The notes beneath the pieces are model-generated. The model saw nothing but the letters and a program-made list of their open reading frames with translations. It was not told the origin of the DNA and made no database searches. 64,000 bases of DNA from positions 170,562,001 through 170,626,000 of the forward strand of contig OZ024741.1 in assembly GCA_964016885.1 (NCBI GenBank). Reading direction: 5' to 3'. The position numbers were made by a program, and so were the translations under genes. The stretch is from Eledone cirrhosa (lineage: Eukaryota). Positions 25,780-36,754 of the stretch are shown here, piece by piece (positions within the stretch are counted from its first letter, which is position 1; every line of letters begins with the position of its first letter).

Positions 25780-26960
25780 AAAAGGTAAACAGAAGTAACA
25801 ACACAATCGGTACAGTATATGGAAGGAATATATTAGGTTAACGCTTGAAATAGCAGGAAGAGGGTCTTAACGTTTCGGACGCTATATACATATATATATA
25901 TATATAAAAGGTAAACAGAAATAACAACGCAATCGGTACTGTATATGGAAGGTATATATTAGGTTAACGCTTGATATAGCAGGAAGAGGGTCTTAACGTT
26001 TCGGACGCTAGTCCTTCGTCAGAAGAAAGAATGAGACATAAAATAGATTGAGGGGACGGGCGGGATGGAATTGGAAAAAATGTCTTTAGATAAAAATAAC
26101 AGGTCCATTGTTGACATCTCTTGCAAAACTGTTGGTGCTGGCGTATTGTGTATGATTTGTTTTTTTTAGAAAAGTGGATGACGGAGCGCGTCTACGTGAA
26201 ATGGAAAAAAAAACGTTTTGTAAAATGAACCATACTTGAGCATGTGCGCAAGCATGTGTTTGTGTGTGTGTTTGTGTGTGGTTTGCGTGTGTGTGGGTGT
26301 GTGTGAGTGTGTGTGTGTGTGTTTGTTTGTGGGTGTGTGTGTGTGTGTGTGTGTGTTATTATAGGTCCGTACGAAGCTAAGAAGAAATGTGTGTGTATAT
26401 GTGAGTAAAAGAGTGTGTGTGCATGTAAGTACGAAGCTAAGAGCAAAAGTATGTTAATATAAGGGTGTGTATCAGCATGTATTAGTAGTAAGAGAAGCTG
26501 CTAATGATCGAGAGAAAGCGATAGGAATCTAGGAGTTGATAATGGACGGGGTATTAGAGAAATTGATGAGGTGAGGTGAGTCCAAGAGGCGAATAGGACC
26601 CAAGACGTTGAATCAGACTTAGTTCAGTCCTGGTGCGCGAGGCCTGTGATCCATGATGTGAAAGGACACCCAGGACTGAAACATGTAGGGAGGAATGACC
26701 AGGAGAACAGAAATGACGGGCGACAGAAGTATCCAAACCGAGTCGTATATCCCTCAAATTTTAGGCAAAACGGTCCGCCATACGGCGTCCCCTTTGTCCG
26801 ATATATAAAGACCCGCAAAGGGAACACCGGAGGGCATAGACAACGGTGGAGAGGATATTAACATGATGAGAGGCTACAGCAGGGGGATTAAGGAACACTA
26901 GAAGTGTATATAGTATTAGCTTGAAAGCAGTCACTATACTTCCGTGGTTACTCTGCCGTG
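25780..26960 (-). mobile_element. Neptune/Poseidon-like PLE 3' end: GIY-YIG relic (26554-26870), 3' UTR, hammerhead and tandem partial pseudo-LTR duplication (25780-25885/25905-26010)
   Basis: VVYALRCSLCGSLYIGQRGRRMADRFA*NLRDI...VARHFCSPGH...VLGV...RTRTELSLIQRLGSYSPLGL. Confidence 0.85.
25991..26026 (-). ncRNA. Ultra-minimal PLE hammerhead (dimer-type stem III)
   Basis: Reverse complement reads tctt CTGACGA a ggac-tagc-gtcc GAAA CGTT aaga, with an AACGTT palindrome. Confidence 0.8.
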
Positions 26961-26976
26961 AGGGAGTTATAAACAA

Positions 26977-27300
26977 TAATTGTTTCTACTTTAGGCACAA
27001 GGCCAGCAATTAACGAGTGCATTACTGGTACTTCATTTTATCGACCCCGTAAAGATGAAAGGCAAAGTCAACCTCGGCGGGATTTGAACTCAGATCGTAA
27101 AGGGACGTAACTATGCTGGAAAGCATGGCCTTCGACCCTCTACCGATACTGCCAATCCACCGCCCTTATAGTTATAAACAATAATTGTTTCTACTTTAGG
27201 CACAAGGCCAGCAATTACCCAGTGGATTACTTGTACTTTATTTTATCGACCCCGTAAGGATGAAAGGCAAAGTCAACCTCGGCGGGATTGACTTTGCCTT
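26977..27300 (-). mobile_element. Two tandem SINE family A copies (26977-27167, 27180-27290) with a small local inversion at 27288-27310
   Basis: Reverse-complement matches to the consensus, with a duplicated gttataaacaataattg flank. Confidence 0.88.
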
Positions 27301-27323
27301 TCATCCTTACATCCACAGTTATA

Positions 27324-27957
27324 GACAATAATGAGAGGTATACAGATATATGTGTATACATACACATGGTGGCTGCCAACTCGTTTTCGAGTACGGCCAC
27401 TACTTTATATCCATGTAGGAGAACCCCTACCGATGCGCTAAACAAGTGTGACTTTTTAGTCCAGCCAGCGACTTGAAAACTCTGGTACAAACACTACACC
27501 TGTGACAATTATTGACACATAGTGCTGGGCACATGGCACCATGTGACGACAAGTGCAGAGAGATCTCCAGATATAAAGCAATGCCTGTGCCGTGAAGCTT
27601 TTATAGTGAGCAAAGGCACTTCACAAAGCCAGTCCCACTCTCTTAACCAAGATGATATTTACCAAAACATGCATATATACACATACATTTTTCTCAAGTA
27701 TGTGAGATTGTGTGTTGTCAACCTTAACCAGTATTGCTCTATGACTATGAGAGACAAGATAATCGGAATAATTAAATTGACTCTATATCAGAGCTATGTA
27801 ATATATTATATAGTAAGAAGAAATATTAGACATGAATAAATACCCTTTATTTTCTTTAAATTCCCGACTGTACAGTTTCCTGGCTACTATGCAAAAATCC
27901 TATATCATAGAGATGTAACATTTTTACACATATATCTGTGTACCGCTCATTATTGTA
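27324..27957. repeat. Segment bounded by ~32-bp inverted repeats, containing an unclassified dispersed repeat (27364-27610, copied at 63755-64000)
   Basis: acaataatgagaggtatacagatatatgtgta / tacacatatatctgtgtaccgctcattattgt. The internal block is highly similar to the end of the window. Confidence 0.65.
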
Positions 27958-27987
27958 TATATATATTGTATATATTGTATATATATG

Positions 27988-28180
27988 AGGGCGGTGGATT
28001 GGGAGTATCGGTAGAGGGTCGGACGCCATGCTTTCCAGCATAGTTACGTCCCTTTACGATATGAGTTCAAATCCCGCCGAGGTTGACTTTGCCTTTCATC
28101 CTTACGGGATCGATAAAATAAAGTACCAGTAATGCACTGGGTAATTGCTGGCCTTGTGCCTAAAGTAGAAACAATTATTG
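27988..28180 (+). mobile_element. SINE family A
   Basis: Full element. Confidence 0.9.
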
Positions 28181-28299
28181 TATATATATATATACACACA
28201 CACATTGATATATGTGAATGTAAATACGTAACAGCCCGCAACTTAATGCAAAACAGCAAACTATACAAACCGACAGACACACACAAAACACACATAGAC

Positions 28300-28510
28300 A
28301 TGACAAACAGAAAAACATACACACACACAGACCTAGGCGCAAACGCATGCGCAGATATGAAACACGAAAAACGCACCTGAAAACAAACAAAAACAACATG
28401 GAATTGAAGTTAAAGATGAGGGAAAAAACAGTAACACAACATAAGTCATTGAGGAGGCCACACAATGTGTGACGAAAAAAATTTGTCGAACAAATAAACA
28501 ATGAACAATA
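28300..28510 (+). mobile_element. Decayed Naiad-type pseudo-LTR with relic hammerhead (28445-28490)
   Basis: cgcaaacgcatgcgcag motif as at 32623. gtca TTGAGGA ggccaca-caatg-tgtgac GAAA is homologous to the HHR at 63327-63369. Confidence 0.5.
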
Positions 28511-29098
28511 AAGATAAAGATAAAGTGAAAATTATGTGATGCATGTATTTTTTTCTATTGGAAATATTGGCAACATGGCCATCCCCAAACATTGTAATCA
28601 GCGAAATTGAAATCACTGAATAATGCCGTCAGAAATAGCAGCCAAAAGACCGTGTGATACAACTCGACAATTAAGGTGCAGTTTAATATTAATTAAAGGT
28701 TAATTAGTCTCTAATACATAAATATTTCTATGGGTGGAATCATCCAGAAGCGCAATACTATCTATTAAATTTAAATGAGGAAAATAGGAGTAAAAACCCG
28801 ATAGCGGCAGGCATTATAAGCCCGTCATATAGTTCTATTATGTTTAGAGATTTTGATCGCATAATATTTCTACTACACAATGTGGTTTTTTTTTATTCAG
28901 CATACTGCCACAGCAAATGAAACAGTATGTATAATCTTTTGGTCAATTTTCTCTTAACGTTTCAAGAATTTTATCTACCCTGAAGAGTATTGCGGATTCT
29001 TTAATTATTGATGGTTCCAAATTCTTCCGCAAACGAAACCATGGTAGAGAGACTTGATATAAGGAAGTTTAGACTAAATATTGTACGACATATATATA

Positions 29099-29598
29099 CT
29101 AGACCACCCGTGACCCATTGGGTCACGTTCACTTTGTAAATAATTAAAATATAAACATGTATATAATGTGAAATGAAACTGGAGGCCCATATATGTGTGT
29201 GTACGTATATACATAAATGTGTGTGTATACATATATATGTATGTGGGTGTCTGTGATCTATATGCACTGGTCATAGACACACACACATATCCACACGCAT
29301 ATATATATACACACACTCACACACATATATATATATAAACACAACACCACCAGATCTCTTCCATTCTCCTACTCTGTCTCCTATCCCCCTCTCTCTCTGT
29401 GTCTCTTTCAATCTACTCTATCACAATCACTATCTCTTCCTCATATTTATGTGAAACTTGTTTTATTTCATTTGTATTCCCATTTCAGGGTCAACTTCCT
29501 TTCAAAGTGTTTTCCCATTATGCGCCCTTTTAGCTGTATTACATTACAGGAAAGCAAGCAAACAACCGAGCAACCACAGACCTTTAGTAGTATATAGA
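29099..29598 (-). mobile_element. Non-autonomous Helitron (family H2)
   Basis: Minus strand has 5' A|TCTATATACTACTAAAG, hairpin gtgaccca-a-tgggtcac and 3' CTAG|T. Shares an internal block with 45423-45771. Confidence 0.85.
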
Positions 29599-29609
29599 TA
29601 GATATACTG

Positions 29610-30010
29610 GCCTCTTCTGAGGACATCTGTTTTCCTGTCACAACTTAGCAACCCTTACCTTTCCCATTCCGCCTAACAGCTCGACGTGCTGGCATTTGAT
29701 GATAGTGCGGCATTCGGAGACTGTCTGCCATAAATATAACACAAAATTGGCAGGCTGTCCCAAAATTGAATCAGTCCTCTAATTTCTATTTTCTATTTTT
29801 CCTATTTTTCTATCTTCTATCTTCTCTTCTCTGTTTCGATTCAACGTAATCCTGTTATATAATTCCGCAAAAAACGCCTGATGAAATCGTCTAGTTATGC
29901 ATCACAAACGTACGATAGGGCTGAGTCATCGAAATATGTATAGTACTTTTACGGAATTAAAATTCTAAAGTAAATTTTCCAGTCATACGTCCTATTGCTG
30001 TATTATTGAA
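29610..30010 (+). repeat. Dispersed repeat (homolog of 12480-12912) with a hammerhead-like motif at about 29871-29950
   Basis: aaaacgc CTGATGA aatcgt...acgat...atc GAAA tatgtata gtactttt. Confidence 0.5.
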
Positions 30011-30160
30011 TACTTAACTTTGTTCCTGCACTAGCCATGGGATACCACATGTACGATGGGGGATTTGCCTAACGTTGAGTGCTTTAATCTATTTATTGCA
30101 TCAACGTTTACCAATCCGAACCACCGGGTCTACGCATTGGTAAACAGCCTAGGACAAATG

Positions 30161-30207
<47 letters not shown>

Positions 30208-30839
30208 GTTACAGGTTTTTGGCACTACCATTTTTACCATCGCTTTCCTCTAGCCATGGGGCTTGGAGACATGAACCGAATGCTACCATTCTATTTTATA
30301 TCAATGTGAACTGCTATTTCTAATGGCCATGTTTTCACCCCTTGAAAATTTGTGTGTCAGACTCGTTGACTGAGAGCTTCTGACAGGAACTGAAAGATTG
30401 ATTATTTTTAGCTTCCCGTTCCCACGTAAAATTTGTAAATCAGTGGCTAGTTGAGAGATAGAGTCCTATCGGGTGTCAATTGCTAATAGCTTTACTGTGT
30501 CAGTCGTCACAAACAGTCATAGCCGGCATAGACTGGTCTTAGGATTCAGTCGATCGATTGGTTATTGATTAGGCGATACTCGCTGATGAAGTCGCATAAG
30601 CCGATTGTGCATTGTTGCATAATATATGCAGACAGATGGTGCAGAGCACCTTACCGCTGCATTAGTGCGGCAGAAGCTCGAGTCCGGGTTCCTTATAGGC
30701 ACTGGTTTTACGTGTGTTGTGTTGAACAAATAACTTTGTGTATACTCTGGTAATTTATCTTACATTGCCCATGGAGTACGCTAAGATACAACCGGTACTG
30801 GCATTGAACAATATGCTGGGTCCGTCAACCCTTATTATT

Positions 30840-30909
<70 letters not shown>

Positions 30910-31109
30910 ATACTTGGGGAGGGTCATATTTGTGTAATATTGCCAGAATTAATAACAGAACACACTCACTGTTTGGTTGGTTTTCGCTTCTCGCTTCTGT
31001 GTCTTTTATATCGGTAATCTAACTTACTCGGTCCTCAATGTTGCCATTGACTGACCGACGGTAAAAACAATACAGATACAATATAGACACAAACACATAT
31101 ATATAGTTT

Positions 31110-31153
31110 ATCATAAATCTTTCGTTGCACATCTGCAACATCGTCAGTGGTGC
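31110..31153 (-). ncRNA. Hammerhead motif in the inverted pseudo-LTR
   Basis: Reverse complement reads cacca CTGACGA t gttgca-gatg-tgcaac GAAA gatt TA tga. Confidence 0.6.
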
Positions 31154-31197
31154 TATCGTTACCTCCTGTTGTATGGTATGTCTACGCCATTTTTATT

Positions 31198-32505
31198 CAA
31201 CGTGAAGATCTACACCCAAAATGAGGGAGCAGCCATTGGCGTCAGCATAGCTGGTGATGTTGCCAACCTTTTCATGGTATGGTCGGAAAGGCGACTTAAA
31301 GATCTTCTTAATGAGAGCTCCATAGACCTCATCATGTACTCTCGTTATGTAGACGATATCAATATAGTTATAAGAACATCCCCACTAGAGAGCACTAACA
31401 AGTTTGATTTAGAACGTAGCACGATGGAAAGCATCCAGCAGATAGCTAATTCCATACACCAGAGTATAACTGTAACTATCGACTTCCCTTCCAAACACCC
31501 TAACAATAGACTACCTGTATTAGACACAGAACTCTGGATTAACACTATAGACGAGAGAGCCTAAATTCTCCACTCACACTATGCTAAACCCATGGCCTCC
31601 AAATACCTGATACTCAAAAACTCAGCAATGTCCAGTAGGGCTAAGTTTAATATTCTGATCGCAGATTTGGTACGAGTGATGAAGAATGTGTCCCGCATGT
31701 GCGCGACCTAACAGAAATGGAAAGACACATCCAACACTTCATCAACCGCATGCAGTTCTCTGGTTACAACCAAAGAGACAGAGTCAGAGTATACGAAGGA
31801 GCCATGGAGAAGTATAAGACCCTCATAGAATTGGACATGAAAGGAATTTTCCCATTATACAGGAGCAAATAATGGAATGGCTTAGATAGGGCTAGACATA
31901 AGATAGGGAAAGCCACCTCATGGTACGACAACCAGAGATACCAGAGTGTTATGTTTGTGGACGCTACCCCTGGAGGGAAATTAGCTAACCAGTGTAGAAA
32001 GGCCCTGAGAAAGACCCACTTAAAAATTAAGGTGGTAGAAAAGCCAGGAACCACCATAAAATCCCTGATCAGCAAAACCTACCCTTTTAAGAAAACCCAC
32101 TGTACCAATAGGAAATGTATCATATGTAAGGTAAACCCCCGGATAAACTGAAAAACTAGAAACGTAGTCTGTAGCATAAGATGTACAGAGGCTACTTGCA
32201 GAAACATGACAACAACATACATAGGTGAGACAGCTCGTAGCATAAGTCAAAGGATAGACCAACACTGGGGGGAACTAAAAGGACGAAAAAACGGGTCAGT
32301 ACTATACGAACATGCTAGACAACAACATGACGGTAACATAGACAACATGGAAGTTATAATAATATCTAAACATAGAAATGGCCCAGCAGATAGGCAAATC
32401 AGGGAGGCCAGTGAAATAAAAATTAGAAGACCAAGACTAAACAGAAAGAATGAATGGAATAACAACAACACCCAAACAAACAACACTGACCTAAGAGAAG
32501 TATAA
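31198..32505 (+). pseudogene. PLE reverse transcriptase (motif B', YVDD, thumb), Zn-knuckle linker and GIY-YIG endonuclease; disrupted by TAA stops and one frameshift; in-frame TGA at 32149
   Basis: YTQNEGAAIGVSIAGDVANLFM; RYVDDINI; LPVLD; HYAKPMAS...SA; MQFSGY; PLYRS.W; VMFVDATPGG; HCTNRKCIIC...N*KTRNVVCSIRC...C...YIGETARS..QR..QH...LYEHARQQH...RQIREA..I...LNRKNEW. Confidence 0.9.
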
Positions 32506-32743
32506 ATAAGAAAATAAAATAAAATAAATAAATAAATAAATACATACACAAGCACAATAACAAGAAGCACATAAACACACACTAGGCACCCATCACACAG
32601 CAAACAAAACACTATACACACACGCAAACGCATGCGCAAAGAAGACAAAATAAAATAAACAAACAAGCAAATAAATAAATAAATATATAGACAGACTGAA
32701 TAAAAATGGCGTAGACATACAATACAACAGGAGGAAACGATAG

Positions 32744-32787
32744 CACCACTGACGATGTTGCAGATGTGCAACGAAAGATTTATGATA
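32744..32787 (+). ncRNA. Hammerhead motif in the Naiad pseudo-LTR
   Basis: CTGACGA at 32749, perfect 6-bp stem II, GAAA at 32773. Stem I is weak. Confidence 0.6.
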
Positions 32788-33049
32788 AACTATGTATATG
32801 TGTTTGTGTCTATATTGTATCTGTATTATTTTTGACCGTCGGTCAGTCAGTGGCAACATTGAGGACCGAGTAAGTTAGACTACCGATATAAAAGACACAG
32901 AAGCGAGAAGCGAAAACCAACCAAACAGTGAGTGTGTTCTGTTATTAATTCTGGCAATTTTACACAAATATGACCCTCCCCAAGTATAACAATATTTGTT
33001 TCGACACACGATTTCATATAAAAGACCTCGCAAAACTAATTCATCGCCG

Positions 33050-33109
<60 letters not shown>

Positions 33110-33114
<5 letters not shown>

Positions 33115-34100
33115 GAGGTTATATTTAATTTGTTGGGATTCAACAAGCTTAAACATTTAAAAAAAAAATGTTTTAACTTTATAGCAAGTAAATTTATGAC
33201 TTCGTATAAAATAACATATGGTTTATGTTTTAATTATATTCTTAAGATAAACATTTTTTTACTTTTTAACTTTATAACATTTAATCCTTAGAGTCATCGG
33301 AGTTCTTAAAACATCACTTCCTTTACACTTCCTTACTGTTTTAATAATATAACTAAGAGGTTATTCCTTTGTAAACTCTCGAAAAATTTTCATAAATTTA
33401 GAATTATTTGGATGTTTAAATTTTTTACTTACAACTTTTAATAAAATAAACTATACTAGATTTGCTTTAATGTAAAATAATATTTATTTATTTAAATAAT
33501 GTATAATCCTTAACATACACATTTAAACTAATTATTAAATTATTAAATTAAATCTTTAATATTAAGGTAAATTTTAATCTTTAATTTTTATTTTTTATTT
33601 TTTAATTTTTATTTAATTTAAATCTAATTTTTCAACCTATCATTATAAATATTATAATCAAAACATAATGAATCCTGAATTATAAATATTATTCTTCCAC
33701 GTTATTCCTATTTCTTCTCTCACTTAGATATACTTACGCTGTGTATTTATCCTTTGAAACTCATCTCTTCATGCACTCTATTTTCACTTTTTTCCTCTCT
33801 CCCTTACATATCACCTTCTTCCAACAGTTTAATTTAAATAAGCCGTAATCTTTTCAACCTTTCGGACACTCATTTCCATACTCACTCATAATTTTGTACC
33901 ACCCTCAATAAATGTAATATCTCCACTATCCAGGAAGCTCCAACCGTTAAGGTTGTCTTTTCCCGGGTATGTCAATATTTATTTATAGAACAAAAGTGTA
34001 TTTTATTTGATGAAAGCGCACCAAAATTTGCCTTGGTTGCCCTTGAAATATGTATAATAAAATAAATATTGTTTTATAAATATAGTTTCCATTTATTAAT
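33110..34100 (+). mobile_element. AT-rich PLE 3' UTR/pseudo-LTR relic related to the 22850-24690 element, with hammerhead at 33999-34064
   Basis: tattttat TTGATGA aagcgcacca...tggttgccctt GAAA t-atgt-a TA ataaaata. The following aatattgttttataaatatagtttccatttatt matches 24563-24597. Confidence 0.65.
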
Positions 34101-34119
34101 ATATTATATATATATATAT

Positions 34120-34720
34120 ATATGAGTATTGAAGTTTGCTTGAAGCATTGTGGAATAATAAAACACTTGGTCGTTTTGGAGGTCTCAACAATGCAGATGG
34201 GTGAATCTCCGGGTAACAGAATCCGGTGGTGAAGAGAGAGATGTAAGAAGAAATATAGAATCTACATTGTGTAGAGGAACGTAGGAAAGAGCGTAAAAAT
34301 AATAACACGAGATAGAGATACCTTGGAAGAGATTTAATTGTCCCTATATTTCGGATTTCGCATCCATCAACTCGGGGTTGTTCCGAGGGGGAACGTTTTT
34401 AGTCGGAGAGAAACGGTACGTGGCCTCTGTTGTCCGCCGTTTGTGTACAACAGAGGCCACGTACCGTTTCTCTCCGACTAAAAACTTTCCCCATCGGAAC
34501 AACCCCGAGTTGATGGATGCGAAATCCGAAATATAGGGACAATTAAATCACTTCCAAGGTAACTCTATCTCGTGTTATTATTTTTACGTACTTTCCTACG
34601 TTCCTCTGTACACTATACGTCTCATTCTACATTTCCTCTTACACCTCTCTCTTCACCACCGGATTCTGTTACTCGGAGATTAACCCATCTGCATTGTTGA
34701 GGTTTCCAAAACGACCAAAT
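34120..34720. repeat. Large fold-back element, ~270-bp inverted arms (about 34166-34433/34447-34718), 13-nt loop, between (TA)n tracts
   Basis: ...ggtacgtggcctctgttgt ccgccgtttgtgt acaacagaggccacgtacc... Arm similarity extends to ttggtcgttttgga/tccaaaacgaccaa. Confidence 0.9.
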
Positions 34721-35190
34721 TTTATATATGTATATATATAATAACTAGAAATTGATTAACATATATATAAATAAATATAAACATGAATAATCACAGGAGA
34801 TAATTTCTACAAGCGTGTAACTAGAACTAGAACTTCAAAAATAGATACTCTTTAATGATTAATCTTCCCTGAATATATTCCATTAAAGAAATATATTTCA
34901 CCAATTAATCAGATGGTAAGTCACAGAAAGTGGATATTATTGGATTATCAACAAGGAAGAACAACATTCCAGCAATCCGTGTTTACACTTCGTGTCAAAA
35001 TCTTCAACTGGCCGCTACCACGTGTTGTTTTTACACATCACAGCGGCTTCGTCTCAGTGGCGTGAATAGGTATTCGACAACTAGAAATAGCAGTCAATTC
35101 TTTTCAACAGATTTAGCTCTATATCCAAAATTAAGATAAATTAAATGAATTTAATCCATATCGCCCGGAAAATAAGCTCAAAGATTATGA

Positions 35191-35237
<47 letters not shown>

Positions 35238-35446
35238 ATTTGTTCGGATCTAGCTGTCGAAACGGCTGGAGCTCAGCTGTCGGGGTCCTGACTCTTTTCC
35301 TATTACCTCCTACTACCCTAAGTATCGAGTACTCTGGTGCATTGTGGTCCACCTGGTTCATTACCACACTTTCCTTGTTATATATACATATATATATGTG
35401 CGTGTGTATATATATATACATACATATATATAAATATGTACCCCCC

Positions 35447-35672
<226 letters not shown>

Positions 35673-35934
35673 ACAATCTGAAGATGAGAAACCTTCTAAA
35701 TATGATTGTATTCATTGCTATACTTCTTTACCATTTTATTTACTCCTTTCTTTTCTTTCTTCATACGTTCCTTTTGTTTATTCCTTCTTCCAGCCCTCTG
35801 ATCTTCCTATTTATTCATATATCAATATATTTAATTATACATTTTTTCGTTTCTTCATTATTTGCCTTCTTTACTATACAGGCCGCTTTTCAGTTGCTCT
35901 TCAAATTCCTTTTGTCGTTATTAGCCACTCCACA

Positions 35935-36042
<108 letters not shown>

Positions 36043-36440
36043 TTTAAACGCGTAGATTATCTATTGTCCTACATTCGTATTTGTTCATTAGTTGTTCATT
36101 AGTTTGTATTAGCCGTGACTATTACGTCCATTCTGGAGCGATGGCGTAGGTGGAATAATTGTGCTGCGTCATTGATTCGTGCTGTTTTAGATAATATCCT
36201 ATTTTGTTTCATTAGTTTATGTTTACCCTAATTTAACCGAGGTTTAGGATCATTAATTCCTTTTAAATTACAAAGTTAAACATGACTAAGGCAGCTTTAA
36301 AATTGATAGACTTATTCAGCAAACATCAACAAGTATATGTATATATATATATGGTATCTGAAGACATATAAACAGGATTTTAATTATAGATAAATATCTC
36401 TTATTGACGATATTCTAATATCGTAGACAAAATGAAATAA

Positions 36441-36748
36441 ATATGTATGTATATATGTATGGATTTATGTATGGATTTATGTATGTATTTATGTATGTAT
36501 GTATGTATGTGTGTATGTATGTCTGTATGTATGTATTTTTGTATGTATTTATGTATGGATTTATGTATGTATGTATGTATGTATGTATGTATGTATGTAT
36601 GTATGTATGTATGTATGTATGTATGTATGCATGTATGTATGTATTTATGTATGTATTTATGTATGTATGTGTGTATGTATGTCTGTATGTGTGTATGTAT
36701 GTCTGTATGTATGTATGTATTTTTGTATGTATTTATGTATGTATGTGT
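36441..36748. repeat. Degenerate (TATG)n/(CATA)n microsatellite at the 3' junction of the R4-like LINE
   Basis: Direct reading. Confidence 0.95.
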
Positions 36749-36754
36749 GTTCTT

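Larger units (their letters stand above)
30905..33050 (+). mobile_element. Naiad-type Penelope-like retroelement, 5'-truncated with inverted pseudo-LTR (30905-31197), inserted in (TA)n
   Basis: 30905-31197 is the reverse complement of about 32697-32995. RT and GIY-YIG lie between them, with (TA)n on both sides. Confidence 0.9.

Noticed and set aside
30580-30610. CTGATGA-agtc-gcataa-gcc-GA hammerhead-like string
   Set aside because: GAAA and stems I and III are missing.
32440-33050. SECIS element for the Naiad TGA
   Set aside because: The ATGA/CTGA candidates (32446, 32695, 32970) lack a pairable helix II with a 3' GA. Not supported by eye.
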